Source: Gemmatimonadota bacterium
Lineage (GTDB): Bacteria > Latescibacterota > UBA2968 > GCA-2709665
Direction of reading: 5' to 3'
DNA: 64,000 nt
Assembly (NCBI GenBank): GCA_028877215.1
Contig: JAPPFJ010000024.1
Coordinates: forward strand, 20,835-84,834
Shown in pieces: positions 1 through 8,567 of this stretch. The notes under the pieces were generated by a model that was not told the origin of the DNA, did not search any database, and was given only the letters and a program-made list of their open reading frames with translations. The first letter of the stretch is position 1. Each line of letters starts with the position of its first letter. Both the position numbers and the translations under genes were made by a program.

Positions 1-263
1 ATGAGGTCACGTACCGGGCGAGGTTTTTGTTTCCGGATGAAGATGAACTTCCCAGCCGGATCAAGAAGATGGGTAAAAGCAGAGCGGGAGTGGAGACGAC
101 GATCACGGCTCGGTACGAGGGGGACCGGGAGGATGACTTCACGTATCTGCAGATTGACCTGAGCCACGTGCCTGCCGGAGTGCACCGCCTATCTGTAACG
201 GTCAAAGACATGCATACGGGTCAAATCGCAGCGCGTGAAACGTTGTTCCGTGTGATTGAGTGA
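1..263 (+). CDS. 3' end of a GWxTD/TPR-family paralog (G0, G3-subtype), truncated by the window edge
   Basis: The reading frame is open from position 3 to the TGA at 261-263. The translation EVTYRARFLFPDEDELPSRIKKM...TLFRVIE aligns along its whole length with the C-terminus of the 6056..8503 product (DEVTYRARFVFPDEDKLANRIKKM...ALFRVID). The DNA is also clearly alignable. Confidence 0.8.
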   Translation, partial: EVTYRARFLFPDEDELPSRIKKMGKSRAGVETTITARYEGDREDDFTYLQIDLSHVPAGVHRLSVTVKDMHTGQIAARETLFRVIE

Positions 264-362
264 AGGCCGTTCTTCGCAAAGCCATCCGCGGAATCCCGTC
301 TCAGGATCGAAACGAACAAGATGGGTGCTGGCAAACGCGCATAATAGCAGAAAACAGACACA

Positions 363-394
363 AAGACGCTTGCTCCTGAGGGTGTAAGCGTCTT
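363..394 (+). terminator. Possible hairpin downstream of G0
   Basis: AAGACGCTT, a 14-nt loop, then AAGCGTCTT gives a 9-bp perfect stem. The following T tract is weak (GGCTTTAT). Confidence 0.25.
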
Positions 395-743
395 GGCTTT
401 ATGAAAAAGAGGAGAAAAAGGCAGGATCTGGAGCCTACTACGGTTACCGCAATTCATCGACAAGAATCCAAGACTGGATTACCAAGTCTGCAGTATGTCC
501 GTGTCCCACAGATGTAGGGGTCTGTTTGTGCAGGAAATCCCGAGACTCAGCACTGGATTTATTGAACCCACCCGGCCTGGTGTGTGTCTTTGTACCGTGA
601 GAGGCTGAATCTGGTGCTCGGTTTGGGCGCAATCGCGCATGGTTCACGCTTTGTTCCCAATGTCATCGCAAAAGGTATGGAGTCGCCCAGGAGTCCAGAC
701 AACCCGATGGTTATCTTGTGGAGTACGAAGGGGAGGGTTCCAT

Positions 744-3260
744 ATGAACTGGTTCAAGCACTATTTGATTGCATCGATCACGATTGTCGTTTGTTTGGGC
801 GAAAGTCCGGCCGCAGGATCGACTGCAAAGGACATCTCACGGGTCGATAGCACGTATAAATCCGGGCTGGCCTATCTCGAATCCGGGAAATATGAGAATG
901 CCGAGAGGTGTTTTCAGGCGGCACTGGAGATCAACTCGAAACATGCGCCTTCTTACGTCGGGCTGGGTCATGTCTATTTGAAGAGAGATGAACTAGGGCT
1001 CGCTGAAGAGTCTTTCCGAGAGGCTCTCCGAAAGCGGAAGAACTACGCTCCAGCCCTGAACGGACTGGGTCTCGTGTTTCGCAATACAGAGAAAATGTTG
1101 GATTGGGCAATCAAGTATTTCCGAAGTGCGTACCAGGCGGACCGAGGGTATGTGGAAGCGTACTATAACCTGGCCCAAACGTATGGTGAGATTGGCAATA
1201 CAAAGGCACTGGATACGTATAAGAAACTGGTTAAGATGGTCCCGGATCACTCGGATGCATGGTTCCAGATTGGGAGAATTTACAAGAATAGAGGCTTGGG
1301 TCGGGCTCAAAATTCCCACGAAGCCGAGACAGCATTTCGGAGACAACTGCGAATTGATCGACACCATTCAGGGGCAAAATTGCAACTTGGTCAGTTGTTG
1401 AAAGAAGCAGGACGCACGGATGAAGCACTCGCGATGTTCAAGGCAGTCGTGGATACGCCCAATGCCTATCAGCGGCGCGCGTTCCTGGAACTGGCGGAGA
1501 TGTATCAGCGTGCGCGGAACCACGATCTGTTTGATGCGATACTGGATGCTTACCTGGAGGATCTGCCACCCGGCGAGCAGGCATTATACTACGATCCAAG
1601 CCTGGTGGTTATCAGGGATGAACTGTCCCGCTTCCAGGCGACGCCAGATGAAGAGCGTAAGGCGCAGTCTGAAAATTTCTGGGCGACTCGGGATCCTGCG
1701 CCGGTGACGGCGGCCAACGAACGGTGGATAGAGCACTGCCGCCGGGTGGCGTATGCACGGGAGCATTTTAGCGAGTACGAATTCCCCTGGGACGTACGTG
1801 GGGAGGTGTATGTACGTTATGGAAGGCCCGATCACATCAGTGCGTCGGAGAACATCCGATTTGAGACGGACCCAAAGGTTCTTGCAGTTAAGGACCGGCT
1901 GATGAGCCAGGCTGGCGAAGCCTTGTCTCACCTCCTTCTGAGCCGGCGCATGGTCAGCTTCTATAGGTCGATGAGTGGATCAGTAGAGAAGGGTATGGAC
2001 GACCGGAAGACACTATCTACAATTCTTGGTTACCCGGTATACCCCGTTCGAGGCGCCTGGGAATACTGGATTTACTCGAAAGTCGATGGTGGCGTGGAAG
2101 TGACTTTTGTACAGGAACACGGGCCAGGCCCGGGCCCCTACAAGTACGCAGAGGTGCCGCATGCGGGCTCCGCTATCTGGGTGGACGAGATCACAGGGCG
2201 AAACCCCGGCACCACCTTGTTGACTGACGGGCTAATGGATGAAATCCCTGATGCTTGGATCGATACTTCGATAGATACTTCGATGTCGACTGACGAGCCA
2301 ACGGATGAAATCCTTCATCCTTCGAACGATACTTCGATCAAGTCAAATTTGATATGGCAGCGAATGAACCCCGGTCTGGTGATGCATCGCGTGACGCGCA
2401 AGACGCCTGAGATTTACGAGCAGGATTTCGCGACTGCCCCCCTCGATTTCTTCTATGACTCGGCTCGATTCAAGGCAGATGACCGTTCGGTGAAACTGGA
2501 GGTGTACTATGGTATTCCCACGCCTGACCTTGACTACAAAGAAGGACCCGACGGAAGGCTGACGGCATACGTGAAGCGGGGGCTGGCGCTGTACGACGAG
2601 GCTGACAAGCTGGTATATCGGTCGAGCGAGGATATGGTGCTGTACGCGTCGGGACCGATCGACACCACCCAGATCGCATTTGTGCCGGAGATGGACCGTC
2701 TCTCTGTGGCACCCGGTACCTATCGGCTATCCGTGCAGATTCTGGACGCGTCTTCGGATAAGTCCCAGGTTTACAACCGAGAAGTGGTTCTACATCCATA
2801 TGGCGATGACTCGCTGAGGGTGAGTGATATCGAGATGGCGTCTTTGATCCGTCCAAGCCATGGCAGCAAATTCACAAAAGGTGAGATCGAGGTGGTACCC
2901 AATCCGAGCCTGTTCTATTTTTCCGGCCAGCCGGTGTTTGTCTATTACGAGGTGTACAATCTGAAGAGAGATGAATTCGGTGCGACAAAGTACCGGGTAT
3001 CGTACGAACTGCATTCGCTGAATAAGGGCAATCTGGCGGTCAGGGTGTTGAAGGCGCTTGGCAGGTTGGTCGGCGTCGACAGAAAGGCTGAGGTCGTGAC
3101 CGTGGAGTACGCGCACGAGGGAGACAAAGCCGATGAGTACGGATACCTGGAACTGGATATGTCGAAAACCGATCCGGGGCATCAGTTGTTGATCGTCAAG
3201 GTTTTTGATGAGCTTGCAGGTAGCCAGACATCCTCGGCGGTATCGTTTGCTATTCGATAA
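744..3260 (+). CDS. Secreted TPR-repeat protein with GWxTD-type domain (G1, subfamily A)
   Basis: The track ORF is 639..3260. The preferred start is the ATG at 744, preceded by GAAGGGGAGGG, giving the signal-like N-terminus MNWFKHYLIASITIVVCLGESPAAG. TPR-like repeats are present (HAPSYVGLGHVYLKR, APALNGLGLVF, AYYNLAQTY). The GWxTD-family signature context is FWATRDPAPVTAANERWIEHCRRVAYAREHF...PWDVRGEVYVRYGRPDH. The C-terminal YYEVYNL beta-rich region is shared by all paralogs. Confidence 0.85.
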   Translation: MNWFKHYLIASITIVVCLGESPAAGSTAKDISRVDSTYKSGLAYLESGKYENAERCFQAALEINSKHAPSYVGLGHVYLKRDELGLAEESFREALRKRKNYAPALNGLGLVFRNTEKMLDWAIKYFRSAYQADRGYVEAYYNLAQTYGEIGNTKALDTYKKLVKMVPDHSDAWFQIGRIYKNRGLGRAQNSHEAETAFRRQLRIDRHHSGAKLQLGQLLKEAGRTDEALAMFKAVVDTPNAYQRRAFLELAEMYQRARNHDLFDAILDAYLEDLPPGEQALYYDPSLVVIRDELSRFQATPDEERKAQSENFWATRDPAPVTAANERWIEHCRRVAYAREHFSEYEFPWDVRGEVYVRYGRPDHISASENIRFETDPKVLAVKDRLMSQAGEALSHLLLSRRMVSFYRSMSGSVEKGMDDRKTLSTILGYPVYPVRGAWEYWIYSKVDGGVEVTFVQEHGPGPGPYKYAEVPHAGSAIWVDEITGRNPGTTLLTDGLMDEIPDAWIDTSIDTSMSTDEPTDEILHPSNDTSIKSNLIWQRMNPGLVMHRVTRKTPEIYEQDFATAPLDFFYDSARFKADDRSVKLEVYYGIPTPDLDYKEGPDGRLTAYVKRGLALYDEADKLVYRSSEDMVLYASGPIDTTQIAFVPEMDRLSVAPGTYRLSVQILDASSDKSQVYNREVVLHPYGDDSLRVSDIEMASLIRPSHGSKFTKGEIEVVPNPSLFYFSGQPVFVYYEVYNLKRDEFGATKYRVSYELHSLNKGNLAVRVLKALGRLVGVDRKAEVVTVEYAHEGDKADEYGYLELDMSKTDPGHQLLIVKVFDELAGSQTSSAVSFAIR

Positions 3261-3370
3261 AACGACTCCAAAGACATGTTGCTTACGTCGATAGGCATCG
3301 CGCAATGCAATGACCGATCGATCGAGGACTGAATTTGCCCTTACGTCTATCAGGCATATAGGGGGACGTT

Positions 3371-5881
3371 ATGCGTTATCCATTCCTGAAGGTGATCTTG
3401 ATGATGCAAGCCCTGGCATGGCAGCCGATTTTTCTGATCGCTGCCGTACTGACAATACCCATCGCTTCGACGGACGCTCAATCCCGGGAGAACGCCAGCA
3501 AAATTGACTCCCTTTATCAAATGGGAATGCAACTGTCAGAACAAGATTCGTTGGCCGCGGCGGTCGGGCAATTTCAGGCTGTAATAAAGTTGAACAAGAA
3601 ACATGCCCCCGCGTTCGTGGGATTGGGCCATGTCTATCTGAAACGAGGTAACCTGAAGGATGCTGAGAAAGCCTTTCGAAAGGCTCTACGCAAACAGAAG
3701 GACTACCCGCCTGCCCTGAACGGATTGGGTCTGGTATTTCGGAATACCGACAAAATGCTGGATTGGGCGATCAAGTATTTCCGAAGTGCGTACCAGGCCG
3801 AACGCGGGTACGCGGAGGCGTACTATAATCTCGCGCAGACGTACCGCCAGATTGGTGACACGAAGGAACTGGATACGTACAAGAAACTAGTTAAGGTAGT
3901 CCCGGATCATTCCGATGCATGGTTTCAGATAGGGAGGATTTACAAGGATGGCCTCGCGGGTCGGTATCGAAATGCCGAGAAAGCGGAGGCCGCATATCGG
4001 CGGCAACTCAATGTAAATCCACAGCACTTCGGAGCACGGACGTATCTCGGCCAGGTGTTGAAAGAAGAAGGACGCACGGATGAAGCGTTGGCAATGCTGA
4101 AAGCCGTCGTGGATACGCCGAATGCCCATCAGCGGCGCGCCTTTCTGGAACTGGCAGAGGTCTATCAGCGTATCCGCAACTACGACCACTCAGAAGCACT
4201 TCTGGATGCTTTCCTGGAAGGTCTGGCACCGGACGAACAGGCCATATACTATGATTTGGGCCTGGTGGCGATCGGGCACGAGCTCATTCGCTCCCAGGAG
4301 ACACGGAAGGGCGAACGTAAGGCGCTATCCGAAGCCTTCTGGGCGTGTAGAGACCCGGCGCCGGTAACGGCAGCCAACGAACGGTGGATAGAGCACTGCC
4401 GCCGGGTGGCGTATGCACGCGAGAATTTCGGGAGGTTCGAATTCCCGTGGGATGCGCGCGGGGAGGTTTATGTGCGGTTTGGGGAGCCGGATCACATCAG
4501 TCGGTCGGACAATATACTGTTTGAGACGGAACCGAGGGTCGTTGCCGTGAAAGAGAGGCTGATGAACCAGGCGCGCAATGCGCTCGGGTCTCTGTTGCAG
4601 GCTCGCGAGGGTTGGGCAACTGCAGAGGCGATTAGCAAAGCCATCGGACCGATGAGTTCGACCCTCAGGGAGATTGGGGAAACCGGCTACTATCGCGACG
4701 CGACCAATACGAGTGGTGTTACGAAGTCTGAGGGTGCGAGTATAACGACTTCGGTCGACGAGGCTTACGCGCGTACCGGGGCATTGATGGGTGAAGGTAC
4801 GATCCGGGGTTGGCCAATCTATCCGGTTCTCGATAAGGTTTGGGAATACTGGATATATACCAATGTAGAACGAGGGATTGAGGTCACTTTCACCCAGCCA
4901 TATTTCCCTGGGCCCTACAAGTATGCAGACCCACCGATGTCTATCGGAGAACCTAAACCTATTATCTCGCAACTGTGGCAACGAACGAATCCTCGAGTTG
5001 TCGTGAACTGGGCAGCTGCGAAAACGCCATCGGTCTATCGACCGGATTTCGCCACGGCTCCACTGGATTTCTTCTATGATTCGGCCAGATTCAAAGGACC
5101 GGACGGCGCCGTGACGTTGGAGGTATATTTCGGCATTCCCGTACACGAACTTTCGTTTAGACCAGGCGAGCAGGGCAAGCCGACGGCATTCCTGAAGCGA
5201 GGATTTGCGCTGTTCGATGAAGACCGCCGTCGCGTTCACCGATCCTCTAGAGACATGGAGCTCTATTCCGAGAGGCCTCTTGATACCACGCAGTTAGCCT
5301 TTGTGCCGGCGATGGAACGGGTCTCAGTGACGCCGGGAAGATATCGAATGGACCTACAGATCCTGGATTTGACGTCGGAAAAATCTCAGGTCTACAACCA
5401 ACAGACACTTATGAATTCGTTTGAAGGTGAGACCGTAATGTTAAGCGATATCCAGTTGGCCGCATCGATCAGGCCGCATGGCGGCGGCGAGTATGTCAAG
5501 CGCGATCTCCAGGTGATCCCTAACCCGAGCCGCACGTTTCTGTTGAGTCAGTCGGTATTTCTATATTATGAGATTTACAATTTGAAGAAAGATGAACTCG
5601 GAGCAACCAGGTATAGCGTTTCCTATGAAATACGCGCCGATGGAAAGAGGCCTGTGAGGATAGACGTGATTGCGGCTCTAGGTAAACTTCTGGGCAGGCG
5701 CGAAGAGGGAGAGGCGATCAATATCGAGTATGACCACGTTGGTATCCAGGCAGATGACTATGGATATCTCGAATTGGATATGTCGAACACCGAGCCGGGG
5801 AACCAGACATTGGTCGTTCAAGTGACTGATAAGAATAGCGGCCAAAAGACAACGTCTACGGCGACGTTCACGATCCGATGA
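3371..5881 (+). CDS. Secreted TPR-repeat protein with GWxTD-type domain (G2, subfamily A)
   Basis: 836-aa ORF, colinear with G1. It shares FWACRDPAPVTAANERWIEHCRRVAYARENF...PWDARGEVYVRFGEPDH and has a hydrophobic N-terminus. Confidence 0.85.
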   Translation: MRYPFLKVILMMQALAWQPIFLIAAVLTIPIASTDAQSRENASKIDSLYQMGMQLSEQDSLAAAVGQFQAVIKLNKKHAPAFVGLGHVYLKRGNLKDAEKAFRKALRKQKDYPPALNGLGLVFRNTDKMLDWAIKYFRSAYQAERGYAEAYYNLAQTYRQIGDTKELDTYKKLVKVVPDHSDAWFQIGRIYKDGLAGRYRNAEKAEAAYRRQLNVNPQHFGARTYLGQVLKEEGRTDEALAMLKAVVDTPNAHQRRAFLELAEVYQRIRNYDHSEALLDAFLEGLAPDEQAIYYDLGLVAIGHELIRSQETRKGERKALSEAFWACRDPAPVTAANERWIEHCRRVAYARENFGRFEFPWDARGEVYVRFGEPDHISRSDNILFETEPRVVAVKERLMNQARNALGSLLQAREGWATAEAISKAIGPMSSTLREIGETGYYRDATNTSGVTKSEGASITTSVDEAYARTGALMGEGTIRGWPIYPVLDKVWEYWIYTNVERGIEVTFTQPYFPGPYKYADPPMSIGEPKPIISQLWQRTNPRVVVNWAAAKTPSVYRPDFATAPLDFFYDSARFKGPDGAVTLEVYFGIPVHELSFRPGEQGKPTAFLKRGFALFDEDRRRVHRSSRDMELYSERPLDTTQLAFVPAMERVSVTPGRYRMDLQILDLTSEKSQVYNQQTLMNSFEGETVMLSDIQLAASIRPHGGGEYVKRDLQVIPNPSRTFLLSQSVFLYYEIYNLKKDELGATRYSVSYEIRADGKRPVRIDVIAALGKLLGRREEGEAINIEYDHVGIQADDYGYLELDMSNTEPGNQTLVVQVTDKNSGQKTTSTATFTIR

Positions 5882-6055
5882 AAATACGCATCGAACATAT
5901 CGTCGTAACAGAGAGATTTACACCCCAGTTGGCTAATCACGGTACCGTATTACGAGACTGCGGGATCTGATCACAATCGACCGGACAATTGCTTCGGGCA
6001 TCGTGCGCGCCTGTTGCGACGGCCGACTGTATCAAAATTAACCGCTGCGGAGTTC

Positions 6056-8503
6056 ATGGGGCTTGTAGTGCCGAACCTGCGAAATATCGATAGGCTCAAA
6101 CGCCGCGCAAGGTTGACTCCAATGGCATTCGTGACATTGTGTCTCGGATTCTGTCTCGCTGCGCCGATTGCCGCGAGCGAGAAGCAGCTTGCCGAACGGC
6201 TCTACGAGACGGCGATGGCGCAAGCGGGAAATGTGACCGCCAAAGAGAGTATCAAAGCCTTCAAGCGGGTATTGAGGGCGGACCTGGACTTCGCACGAGC
6301 CCATTACGAAATCGCGAAGCTGTATATGTCCCTCGACACGTCGATGGATCGCTATAGCGCAATGAAGGCGGTCAATACGGCCATTCGTCTGAACAAAGAC
6401 AATGTCGCCTACCGTGTATTAAAGGCGGATATCCTGTGGACGCAGGGATTTTGGCACAATGCCGTAGCCGAGTACAAGGATGTCCTGAAACTGGATCCTG
6501 AAAACGCGAACGCAGCCTATATGATCGGCCATCATGGCGTCAAGAACTTTCTGAAAAATTACGATATGTCCATGATGAATATGGTATCCGGATTCAGTCG
6601 GAGAGAACGTACACGCACCAGACATTCGTGGAGAGATTTCGGCATTGAGGAACTGGATGAAGCCGTCACGTATCTGAAGACCTGCATTGAAGCAGATCCC
6701 ATGTTCAAGGATGCATATTTCCAGCTCGGGCTTGCCTGCCTGGAGACAAACCGGCCGGTCGAACTGATCCGGGTGGCAAACCTGCTTTTGGAGCGCGTCC
6801 CTGATGACAAGGATGCGTTGCTCTTCTGCGGGCTTGGATACCAGAGTTTGGGCGAAGAAGCGCAGGCGAATGAGTTCTATTCCCGTGCGCTGCAGAGGAT
6901 GGCGCCGGATGAGCGGGCGATGATGGAATCCGTAGACAGTATTGTTCCGGATGATGGCCGCGCAAAGTTCGAAGGCGTACCCGCCGGGTCCGAGGCATGC
7001 CGAGACGAGATTCAACCCTGGGTGGATAACGTCGAGCGGGTCCGGTTCTGGCAGCGACAGGATCCACTGTTCTTGACTGAATTCAATGAACGCCGCACGG
7101 AACACTACGGCCGGGTAGCTTACGCGAATCTGCGGTTCAGCCGGCCCTCGAAGGGTATTGCCGGTTGGCGGACGGATATGGGAAGAGTCTACATCAAACT
7201 GGGAAGATACCTCCACCGGGGGGTGCAGCGGCCGGAAACAGGTTCGGTCATTGCAATAGACAGGACCAGCACGTTCGGTAGATACCTGCCGGGACGGAGA
7301 ATGCCCTGGAAGCTCAGGATGCAGAAAGAGACGTGGTTCTACGAGGGATTTCGGGTCGATTTTCAGATATCCGATGGCTTCCACGGCTTCTCTCCGTCCC
7401 GGTTGCCGGATCGTACGCGGTATGTCGATCCCTATGGTCCGCAGAAATACAGCGTGCCCCACCTGGTCGCGAGCTTCAGGGACGGGGACAGCCTTCGCGT
7501 GGAACTGGCGTATGCGCTGCCGAAATTCAATCTGGCCGTATCGGATTCGGACAGGAACATAGGTCTGGAGAATGGTGTCTTTCTGTTCGACGAGCAATGG
7601 GACGAGGTTTATCGGAAGCGTTCGGATCTCAAACTGCAGTGGCCCGAGATATCCCCGAGCGGATATCCCGCTGCGGACAGCCTGCGAAAAAGCCATCTGG
7701 TATTTCAGATCGCATTCGGGCTTTCGCCCGGCGCCTACAATCTTGTGGGAGAGGTGCGGGACCGGAAACGGGGGTCAATCGGGACCTTTCGGCAGCTCCG
7801 CAAGTTCGAACCGTTGGACGCCTCGCTGTCTATGAGCGATCTGTTGCTGGCGGCCCGGATTGAAACGCGAACGCCGTTTCCGGAGGGGCGATCGGACCTG
7901 GACATTGTGGCAAATCCACTGCGGACCTACCACCGGTCCGAACCCGCGTTCATCTACCTGGAGGTGTATAACCTGGAGCGGGTCGAATTCGGGCGCACGG
8001 AGTACCAAATTGCTTATCGAATAGGACGGCCGGAGAGGAAGAAGATCGATCCGTACCTGTTCCTTGCGCAACGGCTGCCTGAGGGCGGGAGGCAATTGGA
8101 GGTCTCGCGTGATATCAGGACTGTGGAGACAGGCGTGCGCCGGCCGGAGCGAGCGGCCGAGGAGGAAGATGAGCCTCAAGAGGATTTGCCGGTCACGACG
8201 CCAGTCGTGGTCCCGGACTATTTCGACGGGCAAAAGAGGGATGAGGTCACGTACCGGGCGAGGTTTGTGTTTCCGGATGAGGATAAACTTGCCAACCGGA
8301 TCAAGAAGATGGACAGAAGCAAGGAGGGGGTGGAGACGACGATCACGGCACGCTATGAGGGCAACCGGGAGGACGACTTCACGTATCTGCAGATTGACCT
8401 GACCCACGTGCCTGCCGGCGTTCACCGCCTGTCAGTTAGCCTCAGGGACATGCATAGTGATCAGGTAGACTCACGCGACGCGTTGTTTCGTGTGATTGAT
8501 TGA
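6056..8503 (+). CDS. Secreted TPR-repeat GWxTD domain protein (G3, subfamily B, canonical GWxTD motif)
   Basis: The track ORF is 6014..8503. The ATG at 6056 keeps the positively charged n-region and the hydrophobic stretch (RLKRRARLTPMAFVTLCLGFCLAAPIAA). It contains FWQRQDPLFLTEFNERRTEHYGRVAYANLRF...GIAGWRTDMGRVYIKLG, which matches the GWxTD domain signature as I recall it (TIGR04514). Confidence 0.85.
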   Translation: MGLVVPNLRNIDRLKRRARLTPMAFVTLCLGFCLAAPIAASEKQLAERLYETAMAQAGNVTAKESIKAFKRVLRADLDFARAHYEIAKLYMSLDTSMDRYSAMKAVNTAIRLNKDNVAYRVLKADILWTQGFWHNAVAEYKDVLKLDPENANAAYMIGHHGVKNFLKNYDMSMMNMVSGFSRRERTRTRHSWRDFGIEELDEAVTYLKTCIEADPMFKDAYFQLGLACLETNRPVELIRVANLLLERVPDDKDALLFCGLGYQSLGEEAQANEFYSRALQRMAPDERAMMESVDSIVPDDGRAKFEGVPAGSEACRDEIQPWVDNVERVRFWQRQDPLFLTEFNERRTEHYGRVAYANLRFSRPSKGIAGWRTDMGRVYIKLGRYLHRGVQRPETGSVIAIDRTSTFGRYLPGRRMPWKLRMQKETWFYEGFRVDFQISDGFHGFSPSRLPDRTRYVDPYGPQKYSVPHLVASFRDGDSLRVELAYALPKFNLAVSDSDRNIGLENGVFLFDEQWDEVYRKRSDLKLQWPEISPSGYPAADSLRKSHLVFQIAFGLSPGAYNLVGEVRDRKRGSIGTFRQLRKFEPLDASLSMSDLLLAARIETRTPFPEGRSDLDIVANPLRTYHRSEPAFIYLEVYNLERVEFGRTEYQIAYRIGRPERKKIDPYLFLAQRLPEGGRQLEVSRDIRTVETGVRRPERAAEEEDEPQEDLPVTTPVVVPDYFDGQKRDEVTYRARFVFPDEDKLANRIKKMDRSKEGVETTITARYEGNREDDFTYLQIDLTHVPAGVHRLSVSLRDMHSDQVDSRDALFRVID

Positions 8504-8567
8504 AGATCAAGGCATCCAGGAAAGCCGGCAATAAGCTCTCTGCAAAATTCCAGGGTAGGTGACCTCG

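Noticed and set aside
639-743. Upstream extension of G1, with similar extensions for G3, G6, K1, K2, the second Gfo/Idh/MocA gene, cutC and the P-loop ATPase.
   Set aside because: Internal starts with Shine-Dalgarno-like sequences yield proper signal peptides or family-typical N-termini. The longest-ORF starts add non-homologous basic tails.
264-743. Small ORFs in the G0-G1 spacer (221-463 minus, 444-647 minus, 584-850 plus).
   Set aside because: They have no RBS, no motif, mutual overlap and a shadow-like composition. The region is treated as non-coding.
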